Assembly: GCA_963842085.1 (NCBI GenBank)
Contig: CAWJET010000001.1
Location: forward strand, 2,496,001-2,560,000
DNA: 64,000 bases
Reading direction: 5' to 3'
From: an uncultured delta proteobacterium
Lineage (GTDB): Bacteria; Desulfobacterota; Binatia; Binatales; Binataceae
The translations under genes and the position numbers were made by a program. The notes beneath the pieces were generated by a model. The model saw only the letters and a list, made by a program, of their open reading frames with translations, was not told the origin of the DNA and did not search any database. This document shows, one piece after another, positions 38,279 to 47,477 of the stretch (the stretch's first letter is position 1; each line of letters opens with the position of its first letter).

Positions 38279-39863
38279 TTAGCTGTGGATGTTCGTTGCG
38301 GAACTCGGCGATCGCTTCTGCTCGCCTCGCTGTCCATGCATCATCAAGAATTCCCAGAAGAGGCGACGCGCAAGCGGCTGTTCGGATTTCGCCATCTTGG
38401 GGATTGCGCTGCGCCAGATCTCGAGTGCGGCATCCCAGTTGCCCTGACCGTCATAGAGATCTGCCAGCTTGATGGTGAAGGACAACTCGATGGGATTCAT
38501 CATGGCCGACCTCCGATCGAATTCGACCGGATCGTGCCAATAGCTCTCGGCATGAAAAGCCGCCCCGGCATATGCGAGCAAGAGCATCGCAACCGTACCA
38601 ATCACTAGGCGGCGCGCCTGCGGCCAAACTGCAACGACCTCAACGATTCCCGCGCCCATCGCCAGGCACCATCCCAACGCAGGCGTGTACAGGTAGCGAT
38701 CTTGGACTAGCGCGCCACAAGCTTGTTCAGGTTCATCGCGGGCGCCAGCGCCACTGCGAACCAAATCGCGCTAAAAATATAGATCCGAGGCTCGTGGGAG
38801 CGGCGAACCAATAAGACCGCCACCATCGCGAGCACGAACAGTGCCGCTGCTGGCCCATACAGCGCCAGCGACAGTTGCTGCACCCAGCCTGTCGAATGTG
38901 CAGGGCCCGCTAACCATGGAACCGCAAGCAACTTGAAGTACTCGGCGATTACCATAGGCAACGTCGTCAGGATTTCGGTGATGCGGTGCTCTCCGGTAAA
39001 GATGCCGATCGTCATGGATTCGATCTTGGGCAGACCCAAGGCTCCACGAAAGCCCAGCGCGAATACGCGCGCGCCCATGTACGCGACGCTCAGCGCGAGA
39101 AACGGCAGCGTCCGCATCATTGTGATGCGAGCCGCTCGGCTACTGTCCTTCGGGAGTCCGTGCCCTGACTTTCGAACAGATATACGTATGCGGCGATAAT
39201 CAGTGCGAACGGAGCGGCGCTCTCATGGCTTAGCAGCGCACACCCAAAGAAAACCAACGCGAGGGGTGCGACCGCGGAATTGATCCGCGGGCGATCAATA
39301 TACATGAGGAACGACCCGAACATGAACGTTGCGGCGAGCGGCTCGGGGATCGAGCTTATCCAAACGATCGGCTCGACGTGTACCGGCAGAAGGCCGAACA
39401 GAGCCGCGGTCAGCAGCGCGGTCGCCGCACTGCGACTGAGGAGCTGCGCGATCCGGAACACCAAGGCGGTCGCGATCACATGCAACGCAACTTGCGATAG
39501 GTGCCATTCTACGGAATTAAGCCCGAACAAGTAGTAGTTGATGGCGAGCCAGGTGTTCTGCAGGGGACGATAGTAAACACCCTGCGGGAGATGCTGGGGT
39601 GCCCGGAACCACCAACTGTCGTACCTGAAGGAATTCCAGATGAACGACCACTGCCCGATATACGAGTTCTTTACGATTTCGGGAACGTCGTCATAGACCC
39701 AGGTATTGGAGAGGCAGCGCAGATACAACGCGCTGGTGCCAAACAAGATGGCGGCGAATAGCGCAGTTTGTTGCGAGTCGAGCCCCCAACGCTCGAGTGC
39801 CGGGAACTTCCGCGGGGACCGCGCACCCGGCTCATCTGGCCTGATGAATTCTTCAGGCATCAA
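38279..39863 (-). pseudogene. TMTC-like GT-C glycosyltransferase/TPR protein split by two frameshifts
   Basis: WVYDD..IVKN, YYRPL, WHLSQVALH, LFGLLPVHVEPIVWIS, LLSHESA; then YFKLLAVPW; then VQDRYLYTP..YWHD, in three overlapping ORFs. Confidence 0.8.
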
Positions 39864-40330
39864 GCTGTGGTGATGTAAGTCGCACGGGCTGTCTCACCGG
39901 ACAACAACCGCTTGGCGGAAACTCTGAGAGCCGTCAGAAGTCGACAGTTCTGCAATCTGCTGAAGGATACTCCAAGTTTGACCCTTGGTCACTTTCGCAC
40001 CGGCTGCGAGGGCGCCCTTGTTTCTATGAGAGCGTGGCCCCCGGTTGTGAAGCACGAACTTCCTCAGGCAAGGGCCGGAAACATTCCTAAGAGCGTAGGC
40101 TCGGTGAAAAGACGAAAGCAGAAATGCCCAAATAGCTGCTGAGCCGCAGCAATCCCTGCTAGGCCGTGACCCGCCCGATTTGTCGATCAAATGATCCGGA
40201 ATTTCAGCTTCGAGTCTCCGATTTCAACAATTCATTATACAGCCCACGACTGCCCGTCACATTTCCGACGCGGTGGCAGCATTTATCGATAGAGCTGTGA
40301 CTCCACTCACTATTATAGCAGGAATACTGG

Positions 40331-42772
40331 CTAATACACGCTGCTACTGACTTGAGCGCTGTTATTTGATTGGTTGGGGTCAACCTGACTGGCGGCTACC
40401 GTCGCAGTGTTTGTGATCGTTCCAGACCGCGAGGGCGCCGTGACTGCGATCGTAACTTGCAGTGATGTCCCGGATGCCATGGTTCCCAGAGCACAAGTCA
40501 CATTCCCGCCTGAACTGGCGCACGTGGGTCCTCCAGGCAGCACCGAATTCACTATGACGCCGATCGGGAGAGTATCAAGCATTGTTACATTAGTTGCCGT
40601 AGATGGGCCGTGGTTGGCGACGGCAATGCTATATGTCAGAGGTCCACCCCGCCGCACTAAGCTCGAGGCCGTCTTAGTGATCGAAAGATCCGCTGTCGTA
40701 GAAGGTGTAGGAGTGGCAGTCGGAGTCGATGTCGCGGTAGGCGTGGCCGTGGCGGTTGGCGTAGCTGTGGGAGTGGTGGTGACTGTGGCCGTCGCCGTGG
40801 CAGTCGGCGTAGCTGCATTAGTCGGGGTGGGCGTTGGGGTGCTGGTCGGAGTGGGAGTCGGAGTGGTGGTGACTGTGGCCGTCGCCGTGGCAGTCGGCGT
40901 AGCTGCATTAGTCGGGGTGGGCGTTGGGGTGCTGGTCGGAGTGGGAGTCGGAGTGGTGGTGACTGTGGCCGTCGCCGTGGCAGTCGGCGTAGCTGCTTTA
41001 GTCGGAGTGGGCGTTGGCGTCCTTGTCGGAGTGGCCGTTGGGGTGCTGGTCGGAGTCGGAGTTGGTGTCCTGGTCGGAGTGGGGGTCGGGGTAGGCGAGG
41101 CCGCAAGTGCGTTGATCAGGCCGGTCCCGTTCGGACTGCCCCAGCCGGTCGCCAAATCGTAGCTGGTTACTGCCGGATAGCCGCCGTTACTGCCGCTCGT
41201 GATGTCGTGGAAATCGGTGGCATAGCCTGACCCCAGACCAAGCTGATAAATGGTCGGATTAATGAAGCCGAGCGGCTTCGAACCGTTGGCAACCGCCTGT
41301 TGATTGACCAGAGCCAGATAGCCGGCCCACATGGGCGCGGCAAAACTGGTCCCGCCCCAATAGTTTGCCGTGCAGGCCTTTTGGTCGGCACAGACGTAAA
41401 AGTCAAAATTGGATTCTGCCGCGACATCCGGGGAGTTGCGCAAACTCGTGGACCCCTCGTTGGTATTGGTGATCACACCGATGGGCTGCTGCCAGGTGGG
41501 AATCGGAATGGCGTCCGGCGTAAAATAGCCGCCGCCACCGTCGGCCCAAGAGGTTTCCGAACTCCAGGGGCCGCCCGCGCTGCTGGTCTGTAAGTCCGTA
41601 CCGCCGACCACCGTGACGTATGCATCATCCGCCGGGTAAACATAAGTGGAAGACGAGGTATAAGCGCCACTGTCGCCGGCCGCTTGGAACAGATTTTGAC
41701 CCTGCGCTGCAAACTTCTTGAAGAAGGGGTCGTCAGTGCTGGGGTCCGACGGGCTCCAGGTCCACGAAGAGCTCAATTGCGCATCCAGCTTTCCATTCGT
41801 GAGATGCGTAGACATGGAACTAAAAATGGCGGTATCGCTGGACCCCACGTACACATTCAGTGCGTTCAGGCCCGGAGCCATGGAGACCGCCTGAGTGATG
41901 TCAAGGGTCTGTTCGGTATCATCGCAGTTCTGAAGGCTTAGAAACTTACCGTAAACGCAGCTCAAGCTGGTCCCATCCGTGGAAATGCCATTGATAGGGA
42001 CATTGTTCGTCTGCTTGGCGTTCGTGAAGTAAGTGTTCACGTCGGCTATGTCATATCCGTAGTACTCCAACAGCCCGAGGGTCTGGCCATTTCCGGTGAG
42101 AGCCGTTCCTCCGTAGTAGGCCGCCCTCATATCGCTGCCGAGATAAGAGCGCGAAGGACCGGAGCCCTTAACAGCATTTGACTGCACACTCAGATTTCTA
42201 TGCACGGTGGCGGGATGCGGGATTGAATAGTTGTCCAAGCCCGAGATGTGCCACGGCCGGAACGGCAGGTTCACCGTGGGCTCCCGGTCCGGAGCGTAGA
42301 ATGTGCGGTTTTCCGTGGGGTGCTGGTAGACTCCCATGGTCACATGGAAGGCTCCCTCGATGGCCGCCACCGAGCCCGTGAGCTGCACGTCCATACCATC
42401 GCGGGAGCCGCCAACCACCGTAAAGCCGTTCGTTTTCGCGAAACCAATCACGGCGTCATAATCCTCCTGGCTGGGACCAAACCTCGCGGTAAACTCTTGC
42501 ACCGTAAGGAATTGCCGGTAGGAGGGGCTTGAAGGATCGTAGAGCTCCTGCAAGAAACTATCCAACTCTGCCTCGTTGCTCAGCGGCAGAACAATGTCGA
42601 TGTGCATGGCCTGCGTTGCGGGGAGCCGCCCGCGCAACGGCGCCTGCCCATTGAGAGTCACTTCACGCACCTGATGCGTCAACGGGGGCCATTCCCGCGC
42701 CTGGCAAACCATATTCGTGCTCGACACCATCACGAAGAGGGTGAGCAAAAATACACTCAATCTTCGAATCAC
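40331..42772 (-). CDS. S53 (sedolisin/kumamolisin) peptidase with prodomain, Pro/Thr linker and DUF11-like C-terminal domain
   Basis: [14 protein letters not shown] prodomain, [29 protein letters not shown]; ADLSITKT...DPNQSNN. GTG start at 42772 inferred from the signal peptide. Confidence 0.92.
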   Translation of the reverse strand: MIRRLSVFLLTLFVMVSSTNMVCQAREWPPLTHQVREVTLNGQAPLRGRLPATQAMHIDIVLPLSNEAELDSFLQELYDPSSPSYRQFLTVQEFTARFGPSQEDYDAVIGFAKTNGFTVVGGSRDGMDVQLTGSVAAIEGAFHVTMGVYQHPTENRTFYAPDREPTVNLPFRPWHISGLDNYSIPHPATVHRNLSVQSNAVKGSGPSRSYLGSDMRAAYYGGTALTGNGQTLGLLEYYGYDIADVNTYFTNAKQTNNVPINGISTDGTSLSCVYGKFLSLQNCDDTEQTLDITQAVSMAPGLNALNVYVGSSDTAIFSSMSTHLTNGKLDAQLSSSWTWSPSDPSTDDPFFKKFAAQGQNLFQAAGDSGAYTSSSTYVYPADDAYVTVVGGTDLQTSSAGGPWSSETSWADGGGGYFTPDAIPIPTWQQPIGVITNTNEGSTSLRNSPDVAAESNFDFYVCADQKACTANYWGGTSFAAPMWAGYLALVNQQAVANGSKPLGFINPTIYQLGLGSGYATDFHDITSGSNGGYPAVTSYDLATGWGSPNGTGLINALAASPTPTPTPTRTPTPTPTSTPTATPTRTPTPTPTKAATPTATATATVTTTPTPTPTSTPTPTPTNAATPTATATATVTTTPTPTPTSTPTPTPTNAATPTATATATVTTTPTATPTATATPTATSTPTATPTPSTTADLSITKTASSLVRRGGPLTYSIAVANHGPSTATNVTMLDTLPIGVIVNSVLPGGPTCASSGGNVTCALGTMASGTSLQVTIAVTAPSRSGTITNTATVAASQVDPNQSNNSAQVSSSVY
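40771..41010. repeat. 90-bp in-frame tandem repeat in the S53 linker
   Basis: Units begin GAGTGGTGGTGACTGTGGCC at 40771, 40861 and 40951; the first two are identical. Confidence 0.9.
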
Positions 42773-43021
42773 GATTTTCCTTTCAGCCAGAATTTCCGTT
42801 TTCAGGCGAATGTTTACCCGGAATTTCCAATATCCGCATCGTGCCCCTTGACAATAATTGCACATCGTTCGTTCCTGGAGCAAGCAAACACAAAGAAATC
42901 GACGCTTCCGAGCACTATTTCGTGCATAAAGGTCGGGCAACTGGCGGACCCGAATCATGCCGCGGCCAAGCACAAATGGCCCAGCGTCGAGATTCAGCAT
43001 ATTGCGGACCCGCTCGTCGAG

Positions 43022-43302
43022 GTCACCACCAACGCGATCGAAAACCTGATTGGCACCTCACGCCGAATAAGCCGCGACGTGACCCGCTGGCGCTCAGGCG
43101 AAATGATCGTGCGCTGGACCGCCGCCGGGCTAGTTCAGGCCGAGCAAAACTTCCGCCGCATTCGCGGCTATCGCCATCTGCCATTACTCAAACGCGCCTT
43201 GCGCGTCGAACCATCGAAACTTGATCAAACCGAGGAGGCCGCGTAATCAAAATGCGAGTCGCCGCTGCTCTGCTCAAATTCCACAAGCAGTGGGACATCG
43301 CC
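43022..43302 (+). mobile_element. IS256-family transposase C-terminal remnant with right end
   Basis: [47 protein letters not shown], followed by AAATTCCACAAGCAGTGGGACATCGCC. Confidence 0.85.
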
Positions 43303-43766
43303 TAGACGAGCTTCTCGATTTTCCGCACCAACCCGGCGATCTGGTTTCCGGTCATCGAATCGTAAGGGCGAAAGTTCCCCGGGTCGTCAAATTCATGATT
43401 GGCTCCGATAGCGTTTGAGTATCACGGTCTAGCCTTCGATCGACACTGAAAAACGGCCTTTGTCTAACTGGACATTCCGAAAATGCTTAAACTCGAATTT
43501 CCCTCGGGGTCTTCGGGGTCGTAACTAGGGATACGATGCTAGCGTTCGCACCTCGATCTAGTAAGCGACACCTCAAGCCGTCCGGACCACCCCTCCGCGC
43601 GCGCGGGCGCGCGGATGAGGTTTTGACAAGCGGCGGGTTGAGGGGCGATGTTTCGCGGCAAGCGTTACCGTTCACTCTCTCAAGTGGCCCGCGTCATCAC
43701 CGGGAGCCAATTGTCAGGACCGACGGCCGTCCGGATCTAGAACTTGGCGAACATTCTCGAGTGTGT

Positions 43767-45332
43767 TCAGTTGAGCCTCCAAATTCTGATCCTGGGACCG
43801 GCACGCTCCGCGGAGGAGATATTCGCTATTGGCGCATAGTAAGCATCGACTGGATCGTATTTCGGCGGTGGTCGATCGGGTTTGATAGGATTGATATCGA
43901 GCATCTGGGTGCCTCGGGCGCTTAGCTCCTCCATCTCCTCTGGCGAAACACCCCTAGAGTAGAACACGATTGCTGGCAGAGTGTCAGAAAGTACCCACTG
44001 AATGTTTTCCTTCTTGAGGATATCGAGCGGCTGCAAGGCTACGTAACGATAGCTCTGCGGAAGCTGGGGTTTCCCACATAGGTTGGCTAGATCACTTACA
44101 GCTATCTCGGTACCGGGCTGGATGTTCGCCTCAATCCATTTTCGTCCGATAGTGCGTGTGTCGTCTCGCAGCAAAAGTCTGTTGAGTGCTAAGTCGTTAT
44201 GAATCGACGGTAGCAGTAGAAACGCAATTCCGGCGAACACAACAGCACGCGCTCCAATGAAACCGAGCCGAGCTTGGGTTGATTCGATCAGATCTGACAT
44301 AAGGGCCGCAGCAAGCAGAACGAAACCCGGGAGCGGAAATACGAGATAACGATAGAAGAGGTAGCGACTATAAATCAAGGGCATTATGCACGCAACGACG
44401 AAAGCAAACAGGGCCACTGTGCCGGGTTTCCTATGCAGGACTGTCCATGATGCGGCGCCGATGAAGAGACCCATCAGAGCATATCCGTAGGCCTCAGGCG
44501 CGGCGTGAAACATGAGCCACGACCATTTGTACGTGGCGAGGGGGTTTGGCAGACCATCGAGGACGAATCCTCGCTGATACACGTAGTCGTGAACTGTTTG
44601 ACCCCAATCCAAAACGAAATAAGGCGTCGCGCAGAGGAAGGTGACGAGCGTTGCAAATCCCGCAAGGTATATCCGGATATCCAGCAACGACCTAAGTATC
44701 GAACGACCCTCGTGAACGCGAGCTTCACCATGACCAACGACAATAGCGGCGATAACAGCACCGGCAGGATACTTGGTCGCGACGGCGAAGCCTGCGAAGC
44801 AACCTGCCATCAAATAGTTCGTTTCTCTGCCCGCGTAAACCATTCGCACTACCATTGCCAGGCACAGCACCAGCCAAAAAACGGCACCGGCGTCAGTTGT
44901 GGCGTACTTGGACTCGCGCACGTGAAGGGTTGATACCGTCATGATCGCTGCCGCGGCGAGCGCAGCTTCAGCTCCGAGAGGAGCAGCCGCCATGTATATC
45001 GCCGGTATCGTGGCGGTCCCTAGAGCAGCGGAAACGCGGCGGGCGACAAGATATGCACCCGACCCGTTGTCGCCAACGTAGCTCTCACGAAAGTCGGAAT
45101 GATCGCCGGTGAGCTTCGCAACCAAAATGAGAGCTACGTGGTCCACGTACATTTGTGCGGCTGGATAAGTCGCGAAGTGTGGATTCCAATCCTGATCGAA
45201 ACCCAGCGCGCGCGACACCACGTATTCTTCGTCGGGCCGGAACTTATCGGGCAGACCGAAGCTGGTTGCGGTAAAGCGAAGCCAGCCGGCCAAGAGGGTC
45301 ATCAAGCACAAAAGTATGGTTCGAGTTTTCAT
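43767..45332 (-). CDS. GT39/ArnT-like (PMT_2) membrane glycosyltransferase
   Basis: WLRF..SFGLP..RPDE, WNPHFATYP, ARRVSAALG, HVRESKYATTD, GFAVATKYP, RYLVFPLP. Confidence 0.85.
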   Translation of the reverse strand: MKTRTILLCLMTLLAGWLRFTATSFGLPDKFRPDEEYVVSRALGFDQDWNPHFATYPAAQMYVDHVALILVAKLTGDHSDFRESYVGDNGSGAYLVARRVSAALGTATIPAIYMAAAPLGAEAALAAAAIMTVSTLHVRESKYATTDAGAVFWLVLCLAMVVRMVYAGRETNYLMAGCFAGFAVATKYPAGAVIAAIVVGHGEARVHEGRSILRSLLDIRIYLAGFATLVTFLCATPYFVLDWGQTVHDYVYQRGFVLDGLPNPLATYKWSWLMFHAAPEAYGYALMGLFIGAASWTVLHRKPGTVALFAFVVACIMPLIYSRYLFYRYLVFPLPGFVLLAAALMSDLIESTQARLGFIGARAVVFAGIAFLLLPSIHNDLALNRLLLRDDTRTIGRKWIEANIQPGTEIAVSDLANLCGKPQLPQSYRYVALQPLDILKKENIQWVLSDTLPAIVFYSRGVSPEEMEELSARGTQMLDINPIKPDRPPPKYDPVDAYYAPIANISSAERAGPRIRIWRLN

Positions 45333-45997
45333 GGCGGTATCCGCCTGGTCGGCGAGGTCGCGAACCGCCACAGCAAAAGAAGGACACCGGCCGCCAAGAT
45401 GGCGCCGACCAAAGCGAACACGATGGTACGTTGATGTGGCAGGTCGAGAGTCGTACCTCCGTATACCCGGTCAGAGGATTCAGGCGGATTGCCGCCTTCA
45501 GCGATTGAGATCGCGGTAAACTCCGCAGTCCCGGAATTAAGAGAAGCAAAGCCGCCGAGTCGACACTCCAGCCGAAGCGTATGCTGATCCGGGCGTGTCT
45601 TCATCCAAAAGTCAAGCAACTGCCAGCCGACCGTTCCTCGAATGTCTTTCGTGCTATAGCCATTCTCGGTCACGGACAGATAGGCACCCATAGCAGCATC
45701 GCCGACGCCCTCAGTACGAGCCCAGCCTGAAACGCGGTACCACGTCGAAGGAGAAACTGTGATAGTTTGTACCCAGCGCGAATCAGCAGGCTTAAGGTTT
45801 GCGACTTGTAACTCGCCGATGCTCAACGAATCGACGCTCCACTTGAATGAGACGGCTGTCGAGTCGGCAAAGAACGCCTCATGCTGCCAGCCAGTCGGCA
45901 TATTCGCAATCCCTTCTGTTAGCAGCCCATTCTTCACGATCTCGGCTGTCGCGGGCAACGGGTGCACCAGCAGAAGTAATAGTGTCATTCGCACCAT
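45329..45997 (-). CDS. Membrane-anchored carbohydrate-binding-like (CBM4/9-like) domain protein
   Basis: Signal peptide, DSRWVQTITVSPSTWYRVSGWARTEG, CRLGGFASLNSG, C-terminal TM; paralogous to the N-domain of 47478-50396. Start uncertain. Confidence 0.68.
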   Translation of the reverse strand: MVRMTLLLLLVHPLPATAEIVKNGLLTEGIANMPTGWQHEAFFADSTAVSFKWSVDSLSIGELQVANLKPADSRWVQTITVSPSTWYRVSGWARTEGVGDAAMGAYLSVTENGYSTKDIRGTVGWQLLDFWMKTRPDQHTLRLECRLGGFASLNSGTAEFTAISIAEGGNPPESSDRVYGGTTLDLPHQRTIVFALVGAILAAGVLLLLWRFATSPTRRIPP

Positions 45998-46061
45998 CAG
46001 GCAAATAGGGCCAACGTAGTAGAGTCTCACGCGCGTCACCCGTCTATGAGAAGGCGTGCGG

Positions 46062-47468
46062 TCAAAAGCCCAAACCGCGGATCTGCCAAACGCCAAAGGA
46101 AACGAGAAAGATCGATGCGACGATCAATACCTTCGCCAATTGATCAGCTTTATGTCTCATGCCGAGAGCCATAAGAACCAGAAGAAATGGATACACCTGC
46201 AAATAATAGCGGGTGCCAAATTGAGCATAGCCACTCGCGTAGATCGTGAGGCTGAACAAGCTGCCGACTGCAGCCATGAGAGCGATCAAACAAGGAATTG
46301 GCCGGCAAAAACTTGGACGAAACGCGAGAACAAATGCCGGACTCGTAAGTGGTAAAGATTGGCCGACTAAAGTGGGGTGTATATAGGGAAAGCGGCCATC
46401 CAAAGCCGGAGCGAGAAACAGAAGGGTATATAGATTAGCTGGCAAATAAGCGAAAGACAGCGGGCCAGTGTCCGGATGATGTTGGGGATCGGTTGGATAG
46501 TAGATCCACATCGTTAGATCGAAAAAAGACCCAAAGCGACTCTTGTTCAAAACAATAAACACCAGCCCAGCCAAGATCCAGCCGGGCAGCATCCAAATCA
46601 GCTCGCGTGGTTTTTTTTTCAAAACGAATAGCGTGAGCGCGTAGAAGGGAAAAGTGAGGGCCAGATCGTAGCGCGCTAGAGCGGCGAAAGCGGTAAGCAG
46701 GCCCAACAGCCAAGCCCGACCCTCTCCGAAAAGCTCGTTAAGTGCCAGCAAGGTCATCAAGACCGATACAACCAGAACAAAATCCCAGCTGTTTCCTACC
46801 GTTGCCTCAAACCACAGAGTCGTTCCAATACCGAAGAACACAGTTAGCCAAATGCGTGGCGCCATGCTTAACCCAAGAAGGCCAAGTAGGCGCCATGCCA
46901 GCGCCACTTCAATCGCGCCCAGGATGACTGAGATTGCGGTTTGGTTCGTGGACATCCCGAACAGCATCACCACCGGCATCAGTAGAATCGCGGACATCGG
47001 AGGATGAACCAAATATTTGCGTCCTTCCCAGGTGATGTGTTCCATGTACTGCGGGACGTTCTCAACCCATATCCGTCCATGGAGAAACGCGTCAGACTGC
47101 CGCACAGGCTCATTGAACGCGGTTGCCTCGCATGATCCGGTGATTGAATAGAAAGCTAGGAAGGCCACCAGAACGGCGAGAAAGCTCCAGGTCGAAGCGT
47201 TGGGCAATCTGAGATGGACGGTCGCTCGATTGTGGGCTTGATGGCTAAGAGGTAGTATCCCGAGGCCCAGGATTCCCAGGCAGAGCGACGTCACAGCCAG
47301 GTAATTTGGCAGTCGGCCGCCTCGTCGAAGCCAAAGAGAATCAACGGCGACTGACAGAACAGCCAATCCGAAAAAGACTCCTGCTACTCTCCAATTCAAG
47401 TCGTCGCGGCCGAGCTTCGTTTCAGTGCCTAATGACTGGTGCATAGGCGTAAACTCGACTGTGGACAT
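46062..47468 (-). CDS. Multi-pass membrane protein, probable GT-C glycosyltransferase
   Basis: QSDAFLHGR, KYLVHPPMSAILLMP, FGIGTTLW, NKSRFGSFFD, GYAQFGTRY; many TM segments. Confidence 0.68.
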   Translation of the reverse strand: MSTVEFTPMHQSLGTETKLGRDDLNWRVAGVFFGLAVLSVAVDSLWLRRGGRLPNYLAVTSLCLGILGLGILPLSHQAHNRATVHLRLPNASTWSFLAVLVAFLAFYSITGSCEATAFNEPVRQSDAFLHGRIWVENVPQYMEHITWEGRKYLVHPPMSAILLMPVVMLFGMSTNQTAISVILGAIEVALAWRLLGLLGLSMAPRIWLTVFFGIGTTLWFEATVGNSWDFVLVVSVLMTLLALNELFGEGRAWLLGLLTAFAALARYDLALTFPFYALTLFVLKKKPRELIWMLPGWILAGLVFIVLNKSRFGSFFDLTMWIYYPTDPQHHPDTGPLSFAYLPANLYTLLFLAPALDGRFPYIHPTLVGQSLPLTSPAFVLAFRPSFCRPIPCLIALMAAVGSLFSLTIYASGYAQFGTRYYLQVYPFLLVLMALGMRHKADQLAKVLIVASIFLVSFGVWQIRGLGF

Positions 47469-47477
47469 AATAATCTC

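Noticed and set aside
37808-38608. 266-aa plus-strand ORF
   Set aside because: Runs across intron DV/DVI and antisense to the TMTC-like gene; no motifs.
40407-41162. Val/Gly/Ala-rich ORF resembling a membrane protein
   Set aside because: Antisense of the Pro/Thr linker.
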